NCBI GenBank assembly: GCA_001662655.1 | Contig: KV460264.1 | Direction: 5' to 3' (one strand) | DNA: 64,000 nt | Origin: Pseudogymnoascus verrucosus | Taxonomy: Eukaryota | Shown here: piece after piece, positions 1-9,742 of the stretch | Numbering within the stretch: position 1 is the stretch's first letter | Layout: every line of letters begins with the position of its first letter | Translations under genes and position numbers: made by a program | The notes under the pieces: model-generated | Told to the model about the DNA's origin: nothing | The model's input: the letters and a program-made list of their open reading frames with translations, nothing else | Database searches by the model: none

Positions 1-220
1 TATATAACTTCTTATAATATAGTGCCTTATGTCCTTATAAGCTATTACATTCCCTATTCTACATCTTCTTTTACTAGAGTAATTAGACTATTTATAGCTA
101 TTAAGTAAGATTAAACTAAAGATAACCTAATCTATAGTTTGTCTATTTAATGCTAGATTAGAAAAAGCATGCTCTATATTTCTAGAGGTGACTTTAGGGT
201 GTTTCTTTATATTATATATA

Positions 221-2080
221 ACATAGGTAGACATGACCCTACGCACGATAGGACCCTATGCACTTTTTGCAAATTCCCTACCCTCTTACTTTAAAACGCG
301 TTTTATCTACCTTCTACTATGTTAGTTATTACTAAAGAAGCAAAAATCATTCTAGCTATTAAGGCTATTTAAACGTCTAGAAAGCTAAGCCGTTAAGCTG
401 CTATAAAGCTCTATAAAGTTCCTAAATCGTTACTTAGGCTTAGAATGAACGGCTACCTTCCCCTCCCTAAGCGACGGCTAGCAAATATTAAATTGTCTAA
501 GTTAGAGGAGGAAGTGATTGTTTAGAATATACTTAAGCTAGATTCTAGAGGGTTTGCACCCTAGCTAGCTAGTGTAGAAGATATGGCTAATTTTATTCTT
601 AAATTGCATAGGGGGACGCGTGTTAGAGGCTGCTAGGCACAGTGGTTTATACAACGACAACTAGCCCTTAAGATGCGTTTTAATTGTGTTTATGATTTCT
701 AAAGGGCCTTATACGAAGATCCTAAGCTAATTAGCGCATGGTTTTAACTAGTAGAAAATATAAGGGCAAAATATAGGGTTTTAGACTGCAACTTCTATAA
801 CTTTAACGAAACTAGCTTTATAATGGGTGTGATTTACCCTATAATGGTTATAACCTATATAGATTAACGTGGTAGAGGTAAGGTAGTTTAGCTAGGGAAT
901 TAGGAATAGGCTATAGCAATTGCTTGTATTAATAGTAAAGGCTAGAGTGTTCCTCTATTTCTAGTGGTTTAGGGCAAGAACTACCTTTTAAATTAGTATA
1001 TAGACAGTAGCCTCCTACCTAACTAGGTTATTAAACTAATAAGTAATAGATGGACGAATAATGAGACAGGTCTAGAATAGCTAAAACACTTTAATAAACA
1101 TACTGCTGCTTATGTAAGGGGTCTATATTAAATACTAGTCTTAGATAGGCATGAGAGTTATAAATCGGCTAAGTTCTAAGAGTACTATAAGTTACATAAC
1201 ATTATAACTCTTAGACTGCCTTCTTACTTGTCTTATTTAACCTAGCTACTTAATGTTAGGTGCTTTAGTGTATTAAAGCAGGCGTATAGTCGGTAGATTA
1301 AGACGTTTATTAAAGCCTATATTAACTATATTATGAAGGTAGAGTTCTTTCTAGCCTTTATAGTAGCATATAAGGAGTTAATAACAGCCTAAAACTGTTA
1401 GGCTAGATTCTATAGAGCTAGCTTAGTGCCTTTTGACCCATAAGCAGTACTTTTAAAGCTTAACGTGAAGTTACGAACTCTAACTCCCTTTAGACCCTCT
1501 ACTGCTAACACTACCCCTTAGGTCTCCTAGACCCCTTCTAACCTAACTAAGGCTCTTTTACAAACAACACTTATTCGAAATTGGATTGCCTGTTACTAAG
1601 GGAGCTCGCTAACTCTACTTTTTAAGACAGTTGTTGCGCTAGCAAAGGGTATAGAGCAACTAGCCTATGAGAACACCCTTCTGTCCGCTAAGGTGTGTAC
1701 CCTTTAAGTAGCTAATGAAGCCCTTAGTAAACGCTATAGGGCTAAAAAGGCTTGTGTCTATAAAGGGGGTGCACTTATAGTAGAGGATGCACAGGATATT
1801 ATTGCATAGGAGGACGTGGATGAGTAGATACGACGCGACGTACGTGTAGTAGGGGGTAGTCGTAGGGAGGGGCAACAGTCTAGGCAGCGCTGTAGGATCT
1901 ATAGAAAAGCTAGTTATAACGTACGAACTTGTTAAGAAGCTGTAGATATATCTAGTTCATCTAATTCCTTTTAGTTATAGTTAATTTAATGTGTTGTGGT
2001 TGATTTATTAATATTTAAAGTTTAATGCTAAGGAAAAGTGCATAGGGTCCTGTTGTGCGTAGGGTCATGTCTACCCACGT
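221..2080 (+). mobile_element. Fot1/pogo-family (Tc1-mariner superfamily) DNA transposon, full length, RIP-inactivated
   Basis: About 47-bp TIRs: 221-267 ACATAGGTAGACATGACCCTACGCACGATAGGACCCTATGCACTTTT and its reverse complement at 2034-2080, differing only by transitions. TA at 219-220 and 2081-2082 (TA target duplication). Length 1860 bp, typical of Fot1-like elements. Confidence 0.95.
319..1980 (+). pseudogene. DDE transposase of the Fot1-like element (HTH, CENP-B-like HTH, DDE, C-terminal CCHC), many RIP stops
   Basis: One frame from ATG 319 reads MLVITKEAKIILAIKAI*... Degenerate catalytic motifs: NFNETSF (~799; canonical NFDETGF), LDRHESY (~1141; LDGHESH), *LLNVRCF (~1244; QPLDVGCF). 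Terminal RCRIYRKASYNVRTC is a mutated zinc knuckle. The stops I read are TAA/TAG, as expected from RIP. Confidence 0.9.
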
Positions 2081-2250
2081 TATACCCTTTTACCTCTTTC
2101 TATAAGTTTTAAGGCTGTCTGTCTTTAGTTTTACATAGAATGTCCGACTACTAGTTATGCTTAAGGAGATATAGATAGAAGATGAGTAACTTCTACGCGC
2201 TAACTACAATCTAGTGTCCGTGTACCATTAGTAAAGCTGCAAGCGCTAGG

Positions 2251-2745
2251 TGTAACGCTAGGTCTTAACTATAAGACTCACAGAGGTTTCGTTGCGTTGG
2301 TTTACTTAATAGAGGAGGCAGGGGATTAGACACAAAGGCTTTTATAAAACACGTTATAGTATATAACAAAATACTATATTGAGTTGAGCACGAAGCTCCT
2401 ATCTAAGAAATAACTATCTACTTATATAGTGGCGTCGTGCTAGAGGGATAGTTAGGATAGTTGGATATTCTAAATATCCCAACTAACTAAATATCCGTCA
2501 CGTGTCTTCCTAGGAGTGTCCCCTCTAGTATTCCAGTACCTGTAATGTTTCTAGTACCTATAACTCTAGTACCTCCTACTAATTAGGTGCCTAACTGTCT
2601 TCTAGTACCTATAAACACAGGTGCTAGAAGGCTGTCTAGTGCCTAACTATTAACCCTGCTATAAGGGCGGTCAAATCGCTAACCTACACATTACTACTAT
2701 ACTCGGGGTGTTAGCGATAGTGCTGCTGAAACCCTAGCCGTAACA
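2251..2745 (-). repeat. 3' LTR
   Basis: Direct repeat of 8758-9252, starting TGTAACGC and ending CCGTAACA; more heavily mutated than the other copy. Confidence 0.97.
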
Positions 2746-2858
2746 CTAGGTCCCTCCCTAAGAGGCCTAGCCCCTAGGACTTGCTAACTAAGAAATGTGC
2801 TAACTACTTAAGTGGGGTGATGCCTACTACTATCCATAGGGCAGGTTAGGCTGTGACC

Positions 2859-3413
2859 ATGTCTTCTTCTAAACATACTAAAATCAAAGAACGTTAACTG
2901 CTTGCTTAACGTATCGAAAAGGACGGAATTCCAATGTCCCCTTGTTCTAACTATGTACGTAGCGAACGTACTTGTATCGTTGCTCTAGGTTACCGTCGTT
3001 GTAGTGAATGTGCTCGCTACAATTCTAAATGCAACGCTTGCACTCTAAGCGCTACGGAGTAGGAGAAACTCTATAAAGAGGAGGAACGTTTAGAGGCAGA
3101 GGAAGAGGCTGCCGCTACCTAAGAGCAGGAGGCCTACGCTCGTTGCATGCGCCTTCGTAAACAGCAGAAAGCTCTAAAGACTCGTGGTGCAGAGATGCTG
3201 CGGCGCAGTCTTCAAAACCTAGACGAGCTAGATGAGGCCGAGGAGAAAGAGCGCAAGGAGGCCGAAGCTAAGGAATCCTTCCTGCATAGCCCTCCTACTA
3301 CTGACCTTAGGGGTGCCGTTTCTAAGCACGACTACTTGTCGGCCCTTTCTCCTAGTTTCTTTAAACGTTAGGGTGTTAACGGTGGAACTCCGCTAGCAAC
3401 TCTAGGTAGCTAA
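2859..3413 (+). pseudogene. Antisense ORF inside the retrotransposon: Zn(II)2Cys6-like cluster + acidic/basic coiled coil (~184 aa), RIP-damaged
   Basis: One frame from ATG 2859: ...MSP-C-SN-[Y]-VRSERT-C-IVALGYRR-C-SE-C-ARYNSK-C (2943-3032; C2 is TAT, one transition from TGT), then KEEERLEAEEEAAAT*EQEAYARCMRLRKQQKALKTRGAEMLRRSLQNLDELDEAEEKERKEAE. Its five internal stops (2895, 2907, 3060, 3120, 3369) are all TAA/TAG, revertible to CAA/CAG/TGG. Confidence 0.8.
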
Positions 3414-6400
3414 GGTTCCCCCTTAACTCCCACGAGTTATCCGTAGGTTTGTAATCTTTCCATTTAATTAAAAACTCTTCTCGGCGTCCTACTAACCTTC
3501 TGTCTAGGATCGCCTCGACCTCATATTCGATAATTTCATTCTTAGGTTAGAGTTTAGTGTCTGTCGCAATTAGGGCGTCGCCTCTTACTAGTTCTAATAA
3601 TGAGACATAAAACACTAGGTAGAGTCTAGAGTTCTTAGGTAGCTGCAGCTTGTAATTAACTAAGCTGACTTTTTCTAATATCTTAAATGGTCCCAATTTC
3701 TTGAAGTCCAACTTCGTACTTAGTCGTTTCGTTTTAATGTGTTTCTAGAGTAGGTATACTTTATCCCCCTCCTTAAAGGCAGGTTCTATACTGCGCTTCT
3801 TGTTTGCGTATGTAGCAGATTGTTCATTTAAGAACTAGATGTCCGTCGCCAGTTGTTTCTAGAAGGAAAGTATCTTCGATACTTCTAACGTTCCTTCCTT
3901 AGAGCGAAATTTATCTAGTCTTAGCGTCTTATACGCCTCTAGTTGCCATCCGTTATTAGCAAAGAATGGTGAGACTTTTGTTACCTCTAATAGTGACGAA
4001 TTATATGCGAACTCTGCTAGATGTAGGTACTAGACCTAGTTGTCCTATCTAGCATTAACGTAGCTTCGTAGATACGCCTCTAACGTCTAATTAGTTCGTT
4101 CTGTTTGTCCATCCGTTTGTAGATGAAAAGCTATAGACAGCTTGTAGTTTGTTCCGAGCTGCGCCATGACTATCTGCTAGAATTTAGATGTGAAGAGCTT
4201 ATCTCTGTCCGAAATTATCTCGTCTAGTAGCCCATGCGCTACGACAATGACTTTTAGAAAGATATATGCTAACGCCTTTACGTCTAACGCTTCTTTAAAC
4301 GGCGTGAAGTGTGCTTCTTTTGTAAGCCTGCAGTTAGAGACCATAATGGAGTCTGCAATAAATCCTGTCATTGGCTCTTTTAATGCTAGCAACTTAACAA
4401 TGAAGTTAATTGCTATTAAGGACCATGCTCGTTTTAGTGTTAGTAGGGACTTTAAAAGTCCATATGGTACGTGTCTATTTGCTTTTAACTTCTAGCAAAT
4501 GTTGCATCCCAACACAATTGTTTCTACCTACTTCCTTAGACCTAGGAAGTAGTAGTGTTGTGTGATTCGTTCGAAGGTTCATGTTACCCCCTAATGACTG
4601 TGTGCTAGCAACGAGTGTTGTTCTTGCACTAGCAGGTGTCTCATTTGACTTAGGACATACACTAATCCTTTAAATCGGATCAGCCCTTATTCGTCGATGG
4701 AGAAGTTTCCTTCGACTTTGTTTAGGGTTCGCTTTGCTATTTCGTCTGTTACGTAAGCGTTCTTAAGTCTCTACTTAAGTTCCGTGTCTTCTACGATGGC
4801 GATCGTGGCTAGCAGTTCGTTGTATTGCATTCCTACGTCTGTCTTCTTTAATATTGCTCTAGGCCTTTCTTCCTTTAGGCCGACGTAGTCGGTCCTTCTA
4901 CTAAGAGCATCTGCTCTTACATTCTCGGAGCCTTTGCAATAGGTTATCGTAAAGTTGTAGGCTGTGAGGGTTTCTGCCTAGCGGACTTGTCTGCAGTTCA
5001 AAACCTTGGTCGTGGTAAAGTATATAAGGTTCTTGTGATCTGTCTACACTTACACAGTGTAGGTGGATCCCTTAAGATATACGCGCTACTGCTCAAAGGC
5101 AACGACAATAGCTAGTAGCTCCTTGTCGTGGATGTCATAGTTAAGCTCTACAGGTGACAGTTTCCTAGAGTAGTACGCAATTGGTTTGAACTTACCGTTC
5201 TTGCCTAGCTAATTTAGACATGCTCTAATCGCAAAGTTAGAAGCGTCCGTTTTGAGGACGATCTTCTTTACAGGGTTAAATGTCGTAAGGATAGGTGCCT
5301 CTGTGAACTTCGTCTTAAGTTCCTAGAAGGCAGCCTCCGCTTTGTCTGTCCATTTGAACACGAGATCCTTCCTAGTGAGCTCTGTGAGTGGTTGAGCTAC
5401 CTTAGAATATCCCATAATGAACCGACGGTAGAAGTTGGCGAAGCCTAAGAAGGCTTGTACTTCCTTAACCGTAGTTGGTGTTGGCCATTCCAACACTGCT
5501 GTGACCTTTGCTTAGTCCATCTTAATGCCGTGCGTTCTAATAATGTAGCCTAAGAATTCGACTTGGTTTTTATAGAACTTACATTTCTCTAGCTTTAATA
5601 GTAGGTTGTATTCCTTCAGCTTCTAGAGGACGAGCTTAACATGCTAAGCATGTTCGTCCCTATTTGCTAAGTATACCAGTATATCGTCTAAGTAAACGAT
5701 GGTGAATATGTCTAGATATTCATGCAAAGCGTCATTCATTAAGCGTTGCATAGATGCAGGGGCGTTAGTTAACCTAAAGGGCATGACTTGATATTTAAAT
5801 AGGCCATAGCAGGTGTAGAATGCTGTTTTCCACTCCTTGCCGTCAGCTATCTAGATCAGGTTGTACGCGCCGCGTAGATCTAGCTTAGTGAAGATCTTAG
5901 CTCCTTGAAATCTATCGTGTAACTCATTGATTAACAGTAAGGCGTATCGATCCTTTATTGTTATGTTGTTTAATGCTCGATAGTCCACGCATAGTCGTTT
6001 GCTTCCATCCTTCTTAGGAACCCATAACATTAGGCTTCCTGCAGGAGATTTAGACGGTCTAATAAATCCTTTCTTAAGGTTATCGTCGATATATTCTTTT
6101 AGCAGTTTCAACTCATCTGCTGACATCTAGTATATTGGTCTGAACGGCAGACTCTTTCCTTCTTCTAAGGGTATCACATGGTCCTATAGTTGGTGCTTAG
6201 GAAGTGCCTCGTTCTTAGGGCCTTCCTAGAATAACTGCTCGTATTCCTTATACTCTACTAGTATACTCGTTAGTAAGGGTGCCTAGGCTAGGTTACTAGG
6301 CTCTATAGAGGTCGCACATACCTCGCATTAGCCCTAAGAGGGTTTCTCTCGATGTAGCGTGTCCGTTCGTTGTTCACACACGCATTAGCTCATCACAACT

Positions 6401-6828
6401 TTCTCGTTCCACTAGTCGATCTAGGGGTTGTGTTTCTTAAGCTACAGCATACTAAGGATACATGTATGATTGTCTATGTGTACGATGTCGAATTGGATCG
6501 TTTCCTTGTGTCTGCGTAGCATGACCATTTCTAATGGGGCCGTCTCGTAGGTCACTATCCCTTTGTTAGTTGAGATGGGCTCTCCATCTACTACCATTAA
6601 CGGGTAAGGATCGGTTTTCAATTGCGTCTTAAAACCTTAAGTGTCTGCTACTTTCTTTGTCATAAAGTTGCCCGTTGCTCCTAAGTTAATCATGGCTTAG
6701 AGGTGTCGCTGTTATATCTTAGCGACTACATATAGCTGCATACTGCCTCCTATGGCGTACAGCTGCTTCGTACTAGGCCCCTCTTTGTCACTCGCTAGTA
6801 GCCTACCGTTAAGGACTCCTAGTTTTTT
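3376..6828 (-). pseudogene. pol (aspartic protease, RT, RNase H, integrase, chromodomain), -1 frame relative to gag
   Basis: Protease AMINLGATGNFM (~6661-6696; canonical DSGA). RT ...[18 protein letters not shown]... and YLDDIL (~5680). RNase H TDASNFAIRA and [12 protein letters not shown]. Integrase HLQTDGQTE. Chromodomain EYEVEAILDRR...LIKWKDYKPTDNSWE (3528-3430). The 3' end is approximate because of RIP stops. Confidence 0.9.
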
Positions 6829-8711
6829 AACTCGTCCGAGGAGTAATAGTGATGTTCATCATCCTCTATGGGCGGTCCTTAGGAAGATTGTCCTCCCCAT
6901 CCTTCTGCTTCATCTAGTAGGTGCAGGTATTTCTCGTATACCTGTTGTTGTTCCTTTTTCAAAGGTAGTTCTCCTTTAGACTAACTTCGTCTAAGGGCAT
7001 GAATTTAGTCTATATCTATAAAGTAGACCTAAGGTGCAATTTTCGGAAATAGTCGATACTAGGTCTTTTTCCGTAGGTGACTCTCACAGTCATCGTACTT
7101 GTAGTGTTCCTAGAATATGTATAGGTGCCAGGGGTGATCAATCCTTAATGCATCCAACTTTGTCAATTCCTGTTCCTCCTTTGTCTTGCCCGTAAGCTTG
7201 GATTTCTCCATGGTTACGCGTAACCTTTCTACGTCCCCATTAGTAGGTTCGTAGTCCATAGCAGCTTAGTCTACTTGCAGTTCCTAGGGTTTAGGTCCCT
7301 AAGTGTTCTCCTGCTGTTCGTCTTACGCGTCGTATTCCATAAGCTTATATTTTAACTACATTGTGGCCTCACTTAAGGTGTGATTTGCTCCCCTAGGTTC
7401 TTGTCTAAACGGGTACCTAGGGCGGCACCTCATTACGCAGATTGCGACTTCCTAGTCTTGTTAGGTACCTTGCTAGCCAGTTAGGGGCAGTGGTACAGGA
7501 ATCGCTCTTAGAGTTCCCTTTCGGAGCATGGCCTGTCTGTAGACGTCGACCACTCCTAGTAGATTCTCCTTAAATGCAATCTCCTTCGCGTCTTCTTCAA
7601 ACTCCTTTAGCTAGAGTTTCTAGGATTCCGTTAATCCCCTATTTAGGAGTTCGTTCTCCTTCTCGAGCGATGCGTCGAAGTCGTTGAGATCTTCGTCGCC
7701 TAAGCTCTCTCCTTCTAGGGTGCTAACGCTAGTGATTCCCTAGTCGGGTTTGTTTACAAACGTGGCGTTCAACTGTCCCTTCTAAGTGGCGTTAAGTTGT
7801 CTCCTAAACTTCTTATGTCCTCCGTTCCCTTTCTTAGGTTGCTTGTAGTCTCGGGCCATGTGGCCTAGCTTATTGCAATTAAAACACAACTGCTCCTTAA
7901 GCTGTCGCTCTTTGTTTAGGTTACGGGGTCTCCCACTAGGCTTGAACGTAGCGTCGAGCTCTATAGGCTAAGGCTAATGACTCTTCTAAGTTCTCCTCTT
8001 CTAGGTCCATTGGTGGCTAGTTGTTCCTCCCTTCCTTTTAAGTTAGCGTTCATAGTAACGATTGTTGATCTTCTAGGCCATCTCAATTAATTCTTTGAGG
8101 TCATCTAGTTTGTCTAACTAGGAGATTTCGTCCTTTACATGATCCTTTAGCCCCTTGTAGTATCGGTCGCATATAGCCTCATCTCCCCAACTAGTAAGGG
8201 GGGCATGCTGCTGGAACTTAGCAGTATATGTAACCGCCGACCCCCTCTGCTTAAGGGCCTCGAGGGCTCGCACTGCGTTTCTTCTTTCGTTAACGTCCCC
8301 GAAGTTCGCCTTAAGTTGCTTAACGAAGCCAGCCTAAGTGATGAAGATATCCTTAGTGCCTTAGTTAGCCGTCGTAGTGACTCTTCCGTTAGCCGCTCGG
8401 TGGCTCATGTAGTCTGTTAGGTAATTAGCAATCTAGTCGGAGGCGGAGCCCCTTAGGAGGGCCACTGCCTATAGGACTTGCTGTACTTTAAAGGCGAAGT
8501 GCTTAGCGTTGAAGGCCATCTAGAGTTCCGTCTAGATGAGGAAGCTCTTAAGCTTCTTGCGGTCCCCGTTGAAGGTGTCTAGGAATGCAATCTTAAGTTT
8601 GTCTAAGGGATGTAGTCCCCTAGGCGCAGGCGTAGTAGTAGGTGATAGGACAGGCTCGACAGCTGCCTTGCCCTTCGACCCCACGTTAGATGCTAAATCG
8701 TTTCTAGCTAT
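6819..8711 (-). pseudogene. gag (capsid, CCHC nucleocapsid, long C-terminal extension)
   Basis: Start mutated to ATA at 8711. Reads ...DKLKIAFLDTFNGDRKKLKSFLI*TEL*MAFN...; knuckle CFNCNKLGHMARDY at ~7845-7890. The frame ends at TAG 6821-6819 directly after A AAA AAC. Confidence 0.85.
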
Positions 8712-8757
8712 GTTGCTTTGTGTATGAGCCGGTACCTCGTAGAAGTGGTGCTTAAAG

Positions 8758-9252
8758 TGTAACGCTAGGTCTTAACTATAAGACTCACAGAGGTTTCGTT
8801 ACGTTGGTTTACTTAATAGAGGAGGCAGGGGATCAGACACAAAGGCTTTCGTAAAACACGTTATAGTATATAACAAAATACTATATTGAGTTGAGCACGA
8901 AGCTCCTATCTAAGAAATAACTATCTACTTATATAGTGGCGTCGTGCTAGAGGGATAGTTAGGATAGTTAGATATTCCGAATATCCTAACTAACTAAATA
9001 TCCGTCACGTGTCTTCCTAGGAGTGTCCCCTCTAGTATTCCGGTACCTGTAATGTTTCCGGTACCTGTAACTCCGGTACCTCCTACTAATCAGGTGCCTG
9101 ACCGTCTTCCGGTACCTGTAAACACAGGTGCCGGAAGGCTGTCCGGTGCCTGACTATTAACCCTGCCATAAGGGCGGTCAAATCGCTAACCTACACATTA
9201 CTACTATACTCGGGGTGTCGGCGATAGTGCCGCCGAAACCCCAGCCGTAACA
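8758..9252 (-). repeat. 5' LTR (TATA-like TATATAAG at 8935-8928 on minus; CCGG-repeat array in U3)
   Basis: Direct repeat of 2251-2745; lies upstream of gag on the minus strand. Confidence 0.97.
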
Positions 9253-9742
9253 CTAGGCTCCACTGATTTCTCGACGAGCGCAAAGGTTAAACGCTGTTGC
9301 CTGGCTAAGCGCCGGAGACTGAAACCTGAGTCATACCGTCACATTTGCTAGAACTAACCAAAACACACTCAGCTTGACCCTTCCTAGAGAAGGGCGTCTA
9401 TATGTGTGGAACCCTAACGGACAGCTGTCTCGCCATATTGTATGTTACCTCACACGTCATCCTTAAACCTCTTACAGTCCGTAGTCTACACACACAACTA
9501 ACCCCCCCATCATACTAATAAATCAGCAGGCACAGACAGACAATATGGTATTCAACGCCCTGGTATTCTCATTTAGTATTCTAAGTTTCCGCCTCCTCGC
9601 CCGCCTGCATACCGCTGCTACAGACACTCATTAACCGCTACCACCACCACCAATATCACCGATGTCACTACCTATATAGGTACAAAGACCGACAAATAAA
9701 ACGTCGCATACAGCTATAGACCCGTTGGTTAGCTCGCAATCT

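Larger units (their letters stand above)
2251..9252 (-). mobile_element. Ty3/Gypsy chromovirus LTR retrotransposon, full length, RIP-inactivated
   Basis: Two 495-bp LTRs (2251-2745, 8758-9252) with TG...CA ends, and a 5-bp TSD CTAGG (2246-2250, 9253-9257). Minus-strand domain order gag-PR-RT-RH-IN-chromodomain. Purine tract next to the 3' LTR (2746-2760). Confidence 0.97.

Noticed and set aside
2246..2750. The left LTR is flanked by CTAGG on both sides, mimicking a solo LTR with its own TSD
   Set aside because: The inner CTAGG (2746-2750) abuts the purine tract of the internal region. The outer pair 2246-2250 / 9253-9257 explains a single full-length element.
1660..8727. Short ORF-track entries in the repeat block (1660-1875, 4190-4495, 6752-6979, 8205-8420, 8536-8727)
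   Set aside because: Antisense shadows of RIP-mutated transposase, gag or pol. Only 3147-3371 belongs to a distinct ORF.
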